Assembly (NCBI GenBank): GCA_041483635.1
Contig: JBGPGA010000002.1
Coordinates: 1-58,680 of the forward strand
DNA from: Thermoplasmata archaeon
GTDB taxonomy: Archaea > Thermoplasmatota > Thermoplasmata > RBG-16-68-12
DNA length: 58,680 bases
Direction of reading: 5' to 3'
The notes beneath the pieces were generated by a model, which saw only the letters and a list, made by a program, of their open reading frames with translations, was not told where the DNA came from and did no database searches. Positions 44,264 to 51,202 of the stretch are shown here, piece after piece; position 1 is the first letter of the stretch; each line of letters opens with the position of its first letter. The position numbers and the translations under genes are program-made.

Positions 44264-44830
44264 TTAAGGAAGCGAGCCCGGCGGACCCTTGGCCCGACGG
44301 AACTGGATCGCGTACCCGATCCCGCCGAGGAAGGGACCGAGGGAGCCGACGATGAACAGGGTCGAGATGATGGGCACCATGGGCCCGAGGATCTGATCAT
44401 GGACGCACTGCGGGATCTCCTGGGGAGGCGGACAGCTCAAGGTCGGAGCGAACAGCTGAGATCCGCCTACATATCCCCCATACATGAGGAGCCCCAGGGC
44501 CGCTCCGATGATGATGTTGCCCAGGAGCAAGTGGCCCCACGCCAGGTACTGAAGCCCGCCCGTGTAGCGGCGCCCCATGACGACCTCGAGGTAGTGGTAG
44601 AACAGGGCGCTCAGCCCCGATCCAACCACGGGCACGATGAGGTACCCGAGGTACCCGACCGTGAACCAGGTCCCGGCGGAGCCCTGGGCCACGATGTTCT
44701 CGGGCGACACGAACCCGGAGAAGGGGAAGTCCGCGTAGAGCAGGACCTCGGTGAGGACGAACATGATCGTGCCCTGGATCAGGGCCGCGGCGATGAAACG
44801 CCGGGCCCACACGCTTCCGGACCCCTCCAT
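44264..44830 (-). CDS. Polytopic membrane protein, paralogue B (unknown family)
   Basis: Internal ATG 44830 of the track ORF. Shares the conserved blocks of 43563-44132. Confidence 0.55.
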   Translation of the reverse strand: MEGSGSVWARRFIAAALIQGTIMFVLTEVLLYADFPFSGFVSPENIVAQGSAGTWFTVGYLGYLIVPVVGSGLSALFYHYLEVVMGRRYTGGLQYLAWGHLLLGNIIIGAALGLLMYGGYVGGSQLFAPTLSCPPPQEIPQCVHDQILGPMVPIISTLFIVGSLGPFLGGIGYAIQFRRAKGPPGSLP

Positions 44831-44950
44831 GATGAACCTCGGAAGGCCAACGGCCCTGGGTGGCAAAAACCTTCCCGTGCCCCGAAGCGGACGCGCGGCC
44901 CCGTGTAGCACTCATCCGGCTCGACCTGGCTCCTCGGCTCCGGCCGTGTC

Positions 44951-45139
44951 TCAGAACGGAAGGGGGCCTGCCTCGTCCGTCGGCCGGATGATCCATCGAT
45001 GGCCATGCTCGGCGATGACGATGCTGCCGCAGTCGGGGCACCGATAGAACAACGCGCCCCCGTCGTGCCCCAGCTCCTCGATCGTCTCGTGCAGGCACGT
45101 TCGCGGGTCGACGGGGACCTCGATCAGAATCGAGGACAC
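44951..45139 (-). CDS. Small putative zinc-binding protein
   Basis: 62 aa with C-x-H ... CPDC. GTG start. No homology recognised. Confidence 0.35.
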   Translation of the reverse strand: MSSILIEVPVDPRTCLHETIEELGHDGGALFYRCPDCGSIVIAEHGHRWIIRPTDEAGPLPF

Positions 45140-45242
45140 GCTCTGCTCTCCACGACCATTGCGTCGTCCCCCGCCCTAATGCCTTGGGTAAGTACGCTTC
45201 GGCGGAGTTCGGGGAGTCTATGCAGGTCGTAACGCCGTAAAG

Positions 45243-45250
45243 GCTTTATC
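45243..45250 (+). promoter_or_regulatory. TATA-like element GCTTTATC
   Basis: 33 nt upstream of ATG 45276. Confidence 0.45.
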
Positions 45251-45275
45251 GCGTCCGCCCGGATACCGCGGCCCC

Positions 45276-45758
45276 ATGGCGGTCCTCTCGGACGCGGGCA
45301 TCCTCGAGTTCCGCGCGAAGGGCGAGTTGTCCATCGAGCCCTTCACGGAAGCGCATCTCACGCCGAACGGGTACGATGTGAGCATCGAGGAGGTCTTCCT
45401 GCCCTCGGTCGATCAGCGGGTCCGGTCCGGCGTGGCCCACGTGCCCTCCCTGGCGCGGTTCGCCGTGAGCACGCGCGAGACGGTGACGCTGGGTCGGCGT
45501 GTCGCCGGGCAGATCTGGCTCCGGACCACCTGGGCACGTCGGGGCGTCGTGGCCTCGTTAGGCATGATCGACGCCGGGTTCTCCGGCACGCTCACGTTCG
45601 GCGCGCTGAACGCGTCGGATACGACCCTCGATCTCCCCGTTGGAGAACGGTTCGCCCAGATCGTCTTCCATCTCCTCGAATCCCCCGCGGCCGAGACGTA
45701 CGAGCGACGTTCGGGCACGTACCAGGGACAGCGCGGCGTCACCCTGGACCGACCGTGA
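45276..45758 (+). CDS. dCTP deaminase/dUTPase-family protein (probably archaeal dUTP diphosphatase)
   Basis: LTPNGYDVSI, GMIDAGFSGTLTF and ERFAQIVF. 160 aa. TATA GCTTTATC lies 33 nt upstream of the ATG. Confidence 0.8.
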   Translation: MAVLSDAGILEFRAKGELSIEPFTEAHLTPNGYDVSIEEVFLPSVDQRVRSGVAHVPSLARFAVSTRETVTLGRRVAGQIWLRTTWARRGVVASLGMIDAGFSGTLTFGALNASDTTLDLPVGERFAQIVFHLLESPAAETYERRSGTYQGQRGVTLDRP

Positions 45759-46761
45759 CGTCGAAGGCGACGTGGTGCTGGGTCGGCGAGTACGCGCGCA
45801 CGGGGTGCACGGTTATGCCAACGAGGTGTCGCCCGCCCTTCGTCACGACTTCCCGGATCGCCTGCTCGCGGTCCTCGCGGTCCGCGTCCTCCATGATCGC
45901 ATACACATGGACCGTGCCTCGCTCGTTGAGGGCCCGGAGGGCATCCGGGAAGAACTCCATCGCCGAGTGCGGCAGGTCGAGGATGACCCGATCGAGGGGG
46001 GCGTTCTCCCGCAGGACCTCGCGCGCGTCCCCCCCCTGCGTCTCGACCCGGGCCGCGCGGTTCGCGGCGACGTTCTGCCGGAGGAAGTCCACCGCAACGG
46101 AATTCGCATCCGAGGCAACAACCCGCGACGGCCGTCGCCGGCGCGCGATGAGGATCGCGTACGGTCCCACCCCGGCAAAGGGATCCCCGACGGCCTCTCC
46201 CGGGCGGACCTGGTCCGCGACCCGCGCCCGCTCGCTCCCGAGGCGCGGGCTGAAGTAGGCCCGGGCGATGTCTACCCGGTATCGGAGGCCGTACTCCGTG
46301 TGGACCGTCGTCGTGCGCGGTTCGCCCGCCAAGACCTCGAGCTTCCGAATGCGGAACTCTCCCGTGACCCCGTGATCTTGGGCGACCACCTTCACGTTCC
46401 GGTTCGACTGCAGGATTGCACGGGCGATCTCCGCCCGGTGCGGCACGAGCGGCTCGGGGATCTTGAGGATCGCGATGTCCCCGATCACGTCGAAGGCGGT
46501 CGGGAGCTGGGGTCGCAACGCCTCCGGTACCCGGGCGACATCCTTGTAGCTCCGGATCGGCGTGAACGCCTCCTCGAAATCCCGCTGCTCCGTCGGCCAG
46601 CCCATGTCGACGTTTCCCGTGGTCGGCAACCGCAGATGGCCCGCCGTCTCCTGGACCTTGAGGTGCCTCTGGAGCACGCCACGTTCCTTCAGGACGCGGC
46701 GGATCTCCTCGCCCCGTTCCCGCGGCACGACGACGCACCAGGATCGCACGCTCGCGGCCAT
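45739..46761 (-). CDS. trm5: tRNA (guanine37-N1)-methyltransferase Trm5
   Basis: FDVIGDIAILKIPE, ARAYFSPRLGSER, DPFAGVGPYAI and ILDLPHSA. Start at ATG 46761 leaves a 77-nt divergent promoter region with dph5. The track start 46812 would leave 26 nt. Confidence 0.8.
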   Translation of the reverse strand: MAASVRSWCVVVPRERGEEIRRVLKERGVLQRHLKVQETAGHLRLPTTGNVDMGWPTEQRDFEEAFTPIRSYKDVARVPEALRPQLPTAFDVIGDIAILKIPEPLVPHRAEIARAILQSNRNVKVVAQDHGVTGEFRIRKLEVLAGEPRTTTVHTEYGLRYRVDIARAYFSPRLGSERARVADQVRPGEAVGDPFAGVGPYAILIARRRRPSRVVASDANSVAVDFLRQNVAANRAARVETQGGDAREVLRENAPLDRVILDLPHSAMEFFPDALRALNERGTVHVYAIMEDADREDREQAIREVVTKGGRHLVGITVHPVRAYSPTQHHVAFDVTVGPG

Positions 46762-46838
46762 GCGGGGGAGTGTATGAAGAACTTTCGTGGACGCGTCGAG
46801 GCCAACCTTCATGGACCCGCGGGCGGTTCGGTCGCAGG

Positions 46839-47618
46839 ATGGCGGAGCTGGTCTTCGTCGGGCTCGGTCTCCATGACGAGAAGGGCATCACCCTTCGAGG
46901 GCTCGAGGAGACTCGCGCCGCCGATCTCGTCTTCGCGGAGTTCTACACCTCCGCTCTCCTGGGCACGCGGATCGAAGCCGTCGAAGCCCTCGTCGGAAAG
47001 CCGATTCGCCGGCTGACGAGGGAACAGGTGGAGGGCGGGACCGAGGTGATCGAGGCGGCCAAGGACCGCCAAGTGGCGTTCCTGGTGGCCGGGGATCCGA
47101 TGATCGCGACGACCCACGTCGACCTCCGGCTCCGCGCCGCGGCCGCGGGGATTCCCACGCGGGTCGTCCACGGCGTGTCGATCCTCGGGGCCGCGGCCGG
47201 CACCCTCGGGCTGCAGGCCTACAAGTTCGGACGGACGACCACCGTCCCGTTCCCCTCGCCCGGGTTCCAGGTCACGAGCCCCCTCGATCCGATTGTGGAG
47301 AACCGGCGCGCCGGATTGCACACGCTCGTCCTCCTGGACCTCCGCGAGGACGGCACGTTCCTGGACCCGAAGGACGCGCTCCGGTCCCTGCTGGCCATGG
47401 CCGCGACCACGGGCACGCAGGAGTTCGGGCCTCACACGGTGGTCTGCATCCTCAGCCGGGTCGGGTCTCCCGGCGTGAAGGTGGAGACGGGCGCGGTGTT
47501 CCAGCTTCTGGAGCGGGACCTCGGGCCGCCGTTGCATTGCTTCGTCGTGCCGGGTAGCCTGCACTTCCTCGAACGGGAGGCGCTCGTGGCCTTCGCCGGC
47601 GCGGCTCACGATCTCTGA
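46839..47618 (+). CDS. dph5: Diphthine synthase
   Basis: LVFVGLGLHDEKGITLRGLE, AEFYTS, VAFLVAGDPMIATTH and YKFGRTTTVPF. Confidence 0.9.
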   Translation: MAELVFVGLGLHDEKGITLRGLEETRAADLVFAEFYTSALLGTRIEAVEALVGKPIRRLTREQVEGGTEVIEAAKDRQVAFLVAGDPMIATTHVDLRLRAAAAGIPTRVVHGVSILGAAAGTLGLQAYKFGRTTTVPFPSPGFQVTSPLDPIVENRRAGLHTLVLLDLREDGTFLDPKDALRSLLAMAATTGTQEFGPHTVVCILSRVGSPGVKVETGAVFQLLERDLGPPLHCFVVPGSLHFLEREALVAFAGAAHDL

Positions 47619-48367
47619 GACGGGTGCCTCGCGAGCTCCGCGAGATGCTCGACCTGCCAGAACGTGATCTCCAGGCTGTACGTGTGCTTGAACTCGTGGC
47701 CACCCCACCGGTGGCGGAGCTCGCGCATGACCTGGCGGTGGACATCCTCCGGCGTGCTCCATTGCGACGAGAAGGATCGCTGCTCCAGCTCCTCGAGGAT
47801 CGAATCGGCGGGGACGACGTCCTCGAACGGTCCGACGGGCATGACGAGGTCCGGGGGCAGGATGTCGGGCAAGTCCTTCTCATGCAGCCCCGGGGCGGAC
47901 CACGTGTAGCCCGCTTCCCCCGCCAAGTGGTCGTATTCCCGGTGCAGGTTCGTCGTGCGGCCGGACCGCTCGATGATGCTGAAGTAGCTGTCGCGGGTCA
48001 CGCGCACGATCTCCAGGAGAACCTCGCGCCAGTCCGGGACGAGGTGGAGCACGTGGTTCGAGGTGGAGAGGTCGAACGCCCGCGCCGTGAAGGGCAGGCG
48101 CGCCCCGTCCGCGAGGACGACGTTACGGAGGCCCTTGCCGAGCCCGAGCTCAACCATCTTGTGCGAGATGTCCACGCCGACGACGTCGAGCCCGCTCTTC
48201 TGAAGGGGCACCGCGTATCGTCCCGTGCCTACTCCGACCTCGAGGACCTTCTTGGTCAGAAGCTGGTCCACGAGGCTCCCGAGGACGCGGGACATGACTT
48301 TCGGCGGGAGCGCGCGGGTCTCGTCATAGATCGCCGCGACGCGGTCGAACGAGAGGCGGACGGGCAT
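47606..48367 (-). CDS. Class I SAM-dependent methyltransferase
   Basis: VLEVGVGTGRYAVPL (motif I) and VVGVDIS. ATG 48367 lies 33 nt from TATA CTTTTATC (minus). Convergently overlaps dph5 by 13 nt. Confidence 0.75.
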   Translation of the reverse strand: MPVRLSFDRVAAIYDETRALPPKVMSRVLGSLVDQLLTKKVLEVGVGTGRYAVPLQKSGLDVVGVDISHKMVELGLGKGLRNVVLADGARLPFTARAFDLSTSNHVLHLVPDWREVLLEIVRVTRDSYFSIIERSGRTTNLHREYDHLAGEAGYTWSAPGLHEKDLPDILPPDLVMPVGPFEDVVPADSILEELEQRSFSSQWSTPEDVHRQVMRELRHRWGGHEFKHTYSLEITFWQVEHLAELARHPSQRS

Positions 48368-48392
48368 GCGCGGCTCCGCAAAGGCACGCTGC

Positions 48393-48400
48393 GATAAAAG
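48393..48400. promoter_or_regulatory. TATA element GATAAAAG / CTTTTATC, possibly bidirectional
   Basis: 33 nt from the methyltransferase ATG (48367, minus). Read on the plus strand it would start a transcript near 48425, running into the structured leader of the HCD-motif gene. Confidence 0.45.
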
Positions 48401-48437
48401 GGTGCCTCGGCGAGGGCGTGACGCCGCCTCCCGAAGA

Positions 48438-48447
48438 CGATAGTTTC
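48438..48447 (+). repeat. CGATAGTTTC, left copy of a 10-mer that recurs at 50126-50135
   Basis: Exact match. A second 10-mer, CCCCCCCGTC, follows on both sides (48492-48501 and 50141-50150). Confidence 0.6.
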
Positions 48448-48513
48448 GGGCCCGGGGCGCGAGTGAAACCCGTCTGACGAAGCGAATCCGTCCCCCCCGT
48501 CCGTTCCCCTCAT

Positions 48514-48533
48514 GCCCGCCCTTCGGGGCGGGC
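48514..48533 (+). other. Perfect 8-bp GC hairpin with UUCG tetraloop
   Basis: GCCCGCCC-TTCG-GGGCGGGC. Its 3' arm can alternatively pair (GGGCAC 48530-48535) with GTGCCC 48549-48554. Confidence 0.6.
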
Positions 48534-48581
48534 ACCCTCCCGGTTCCTGTGCCCCAGCCGCAACGCGGGTAATGTCGTGGT

Positions 48582-48596
48582 GGTATCATGCATACC
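48582..48596 (+). promoter_or_regulatory. Inverted repeat GGTAT-CATGC-ATACC (candidate operator)
   Basis: 5-nt arms around a 5-nt core containing ATGCAT. Ends 41 nt upstream of ATG 48637. Confidence 0.3.
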
Positions 48597-48636
48597 TTGC
48601 CCTGAAGTATCGGGATGGACGAAAGCGGAGCGGGGG

Positions 48637-49197
48637 ATGAAAACGCCACCTCATTGCGATACCTTAGATGGACCCGTGGTTGTGGCCGCGAAGAAAGCCT
48701 TGGAGACGGGGGATGTGAAGCTCATCCTTCCCTTTGCTCCGAAGCAGGCAGAGACTGAGATCACAGAGGCCTTCGAACGGACGTTGCAGGTCCGGAAGCA
48801 GGGCAAGCAAGCCCAAGACCTAGCGGACTACTGGTTCTTCGAAACCGTGGTCCGGCTACATCGAGAAGGCGAAGGCGCGCCCTACACAGGCCTCAAGCCA
48901 GCCGGCTTGGACTGGGGACCCTTGATCCCCAGGGCGGAAAAGGCCATCGAAAAGGGGGACCCGAAAGAAGTTGTCGACTTCATGGCCGACGCAGTGAAGG
49001 AAGAGCTGGAACAGCGATTCCACCATGCGACGGAGCTGAAGAAGCACGCGAAAGAAAGCGTGGAGGCCGCACGCGCGTACACGAGCGCCATGCTGGGCTT
49101 CGAACTCTACTCCCACCACCTGTATGCGAACATCACGGGCGGCGGAGAGCACGGAGAGAAGGGTCACGGAAGGGGTGCAGGGGAACACGAGCACTAG
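48637..49197 (+). CDS. Uncharacterised HCDTLDGPVV-motif protein with His-rich C-terminal tail
   Basis: 186 aa. MKTPPHCDTLDGPVV, YWFFETVVRLHREGEGAPYTGLKPAG, and C-terminal GGGEHGEKGHGRGAGEHEH. ATG preceded by GGAGCGGGGG. Atypically low GC and many A/T-ending codons. Confidence 0.65.
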   Translation: MKTPPHCDTLDGPVVVAAKKALETGDVKLILPFAPKQAETEITEAFERTLQVRKQGKQAQDLADYWFFETVVRLHREGEGAPYTGLKPAGLDWGPLIPRAEKAIEKGDPKEVVDFMADAVKEELEQRFHHATELKKHAKESVEAARAYTSAMLGFELYSHHLYANITGGGEHGEKGHGRGAGEHEH

Positions 49198-49318
49198 CCA
49201 CCCTTCGCGCGCAGAAGAGCTTCGATGAGCGAGTGGTCCGGGAGACAGACTGGTACGACTGCGTCGTCCAAGTGGACACGTCCGACGGCGCGGTGCAACC
49301 GACGCGCAAGAGGAGGTC

Positions 49319-49864
49319 TCACTCATTCCGGGATTGAGCCTCGCGTCTGGGTTTCGCGTGGGTATCAATGGCCCACGGAAAGATGCGTCCTTCCTCGGCC
49401 TTGAAATGCTCGTCTAAGAGCGCCTCGAGGGCGGCAAGTTTCCGTGACGCTTCTTCAGCGGATGTCGGCAGAGAATCGATGATGTCGCCGACGAGCTTGC
49501 GGACCTGACGGTGCTGTTGCATGGTTCGAATCGCCTCTCCCGCACCTTCCCTTCCGTGGGCGTCGATGAGGACTTTGAGCACACGAGCCTCCTCATCCAC
49601 GACGTGCCGGTCCAGCGTGTCCTTCAGCTCTCGCAGCGAAGCGATTCCGGCGGCCTTGTCCTGCCTCTCCAGAGCCGTTCCAATCACGCGCAATCGGTGC
49701 CGTATGTCTCCATGAGTCTTAACGAGGGACGACACGAACTCTTCAAAAGGCTCCCCTCCGCTCTCGGTAACCACCGTCTCGAGGAGTGCGCCGCACTCCG
49801 AGCAGCGTGTGGTTTCTATTTCGACCTCCCGCCCGCATCCCCTACATTGGTGTTTCTCGCTCAT
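49319..49864 (-). CDS. Zinc-ribbon - hemerythrin-like fusion protein
   Basis: 181 aa. CRGCG..x9..CSECG is followed by a four-helix region with HGDIRHR, DRHVVDEE, QQHRQV and DEHFKAEE ligand-like motifs. Low GC, like its neighbour. Confidence 0.6.
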   Translation of the reverse strand: MSEKHQCRGCGREVEIETTRCSECGALLETVVTESGGEPFEEFVSSLVKTHGDIRHRLRVIGTALERQDKAAGIASLRELKDTLDRHVVDEEARVLKVLIDAHGREGAGEAIRTMQQHRQVRKLVGDIIDSLPTSAEEASRKLAALEALLDEHFKAEEGRIFPWAIDTHAKPRREAQSRNE

Positions 49865-49930
49865 CGACCCATCGCACCAGCGGGCCCGACAGTTGACGTG
49901 TCGACGTATCAATGCTACGCCGAAGGGGTT

Positions 49931-49946
49931 CGGATTTGTCCGGATT
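49931..49946 (+). repeat. CGGATT-TGTC-CGGATT direct-repeat element
   Basis: A hexamer repeated with a 10-bp period. Same architecture as 50072-50087. Confidence 0.55.
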
Positions 49947-50043
49947 CCAAGAATGCTCGTTCCCGAACTTCCATTTCAAAGGTTCTCTGAGTGCAGTCTA
50001 CCGCACCTCCCCGGAAATCGCTTCACCTCGTCCCGGGCCGAGG

Positions 50044-50087
50044 CGAACTCAGATCGAACTCAATCGAATCTCAGGTTTGTCCAGGTT
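50044..50087 (+). repeat. Tandem repeats CGAACTCAGAT / CGAACTCAAT / CGAATCTCAGG abutting CAGGTT-TGTC-CAGGTT
   Basis: Three imperfect 10-11-nt tandem units (50044-50075) run into a second N6-TGTC-N6 element (50072-50087), 78-121 nt upstream of the radA ATG. Confidence 0.55.
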
Positions 50088-50125
50088 CGCCAAAGCGCTG
50101 GACGGCCGAGTCGTCCGTGCAGGGC

Positions 50126-50150
50126 CGATAGTTTCACCCACCCCCCCGTC
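50126..50150 (+). repeat. CGATAGTTTC-ACCCA-CCCCCCCGTC, right-hand copy of both flanking 10-mers
   Basis: Exact matches to 48438-48447 and 48492-48501, in the same order and orientation. Confidence 0.6.
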
Positions 50151-50164
50151 TTATCCTTTTATGT

Positions 50165-51142
50165 ATGGCCAAGGATGGTAAGCAAGGTGACAAGGTGGCC
50201 ACCTCAGTGAAAACGGTGGAAGAGCTCCCGGGCGTCGGTCCCGCGACGGCGGAGAAGTTGCGGGAGGCCGGGTACTCGGATCTCATGAGCCTCGCCGTCG
50301 CGACCCCGGACACGGTTGCGGAGGCCACGGAGATCGGTGCCAACGTGGCGCAGAAGATCATCGCCGCCGCGCGCGAAGCAGTCGACGTGGGCGGCTTCGA
50401 GACCGGGGACGTGATCGCGGAGCGGCGGAAGTCCATCGCGAAGCTCACGACCTGCTCGAAGGCGTTCGACGAACTCCTCGGGGGCGGCCTGGAGACTCAG
50501 GCGATCACGGAATGCTACGGCGAGTTCGGATCGGGGAAGAGCCAGCTGGCTCATCAGCTCGCCGTGAACGTGACTCGCGGCGAGGACGAGGGCGGCCTGA
50601 ACGGCGACACGGTCTGGATCGACACGGAGTCGACCTTCCGGCCGGAGCGCATTCACCAGATGTCGGATGCCCTCGAGCTCGATTCGGAGACGATCCTCAA
50701 GCACATCCACGTCGCGCGGGCGTTCAACAGCCACCACCAGATGCTCCTCATGGAGAAGGCGCACGAGATGACGAAGGACTTTCCCGTTCGTCTCGTCGTG
50801 ATCGACTCCCTGACGGCCCACTTCCGCGCCGAGTACATCGGCCGCGGGGTGCTCGCGGAGCGCCAGCAGCTTCTGAACAAGCACATCCATGAGCTCATGC
50901 GCTTCGGCGACATCCACAACGCCGCGATTTACGTGACGAACCAGGTGGCGGCCAAGCCGGACGCGTTCTTCGGCGATCCGACGCGCCCCATCGGCGGGCA
51001 CATCGTCGGTCACAGCGCGACCTTCCGCGTGTACCTGCGCAAGTCGAAGGGAGGCAAGCGGATCGCGCGCCTGATCGACTCCCCGAACATGCCCGAGGCC
51101 GAGGCCGTCTTCTCGGTCTCCGAGGATGGCATCCGCGACTGA
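50165..51142 (+). CDS. radA: DNA repair and recombination protein RadA
   Basis: [17 protein letters not shown] (HhH), GEFGSGKSQ (Walker A), LVVIDSL (Walker B) and [12 protein letters not shown] consensus TATA (CCTTTTAT, 50155-50162) sits just 3 nt before ATG 50165, so the in-frame GTG 50195 is an alternative start. Confidence 0.9.
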   Translation: MAKDGKQGDKVATSVKTVEELPGVGPATAEKLREAGYSDLMSLAVATPDTVAEATEIGANVAQKIIAAAREAVDVGGFETGDVIAERRKSIAKLTTCSKAFDELLGGGLETQAITECYGEFGSGKSQLAHQLAVNVTRGEDEGGLNGDTVWIDTESTFRPERIHQMSDALELDSETILKHIHVARAFNSHHQMLLMEKAHEMTKDFPVRLVVIDSLTAHFRAEYIGRGVLAERQQLLNKHIHELMRFGDIHNAAIYVTNQVAAKPDAFFGDPTRPIGGHIVGHSATFRVYLRKSKGGKRIARLIDSPNMPEAEAVFSVSEDGIRD

Positions 51143-51202
51143 GCCTGTCGTGTCAATTCGTGTCGGGACAGATTGAAGTAGCCTCAGGGGCGTCTACCAT
51201 CC

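Noticed and set aside
48582-48596. GGTATCATGCATACC as a NikR operator (contains GTATCA and GCATAC, each one mismatch from the E. coli half-sites).
   Set aside because: The half-site spacing (adjacent rather than about 16 nt apart) is incompatible with the known NikR tetramer binding geometry. Retained only as a generic palindromic operator candidate.
50044-50087. Short tandem repeats upstream of radA as a degenerate CRISPR or mini-array.
   Set aside because: The units are only 10-11 nt with no spacers, there are only three copies, and there are no cas genes. They are better interpreted as protein-binding repeats.
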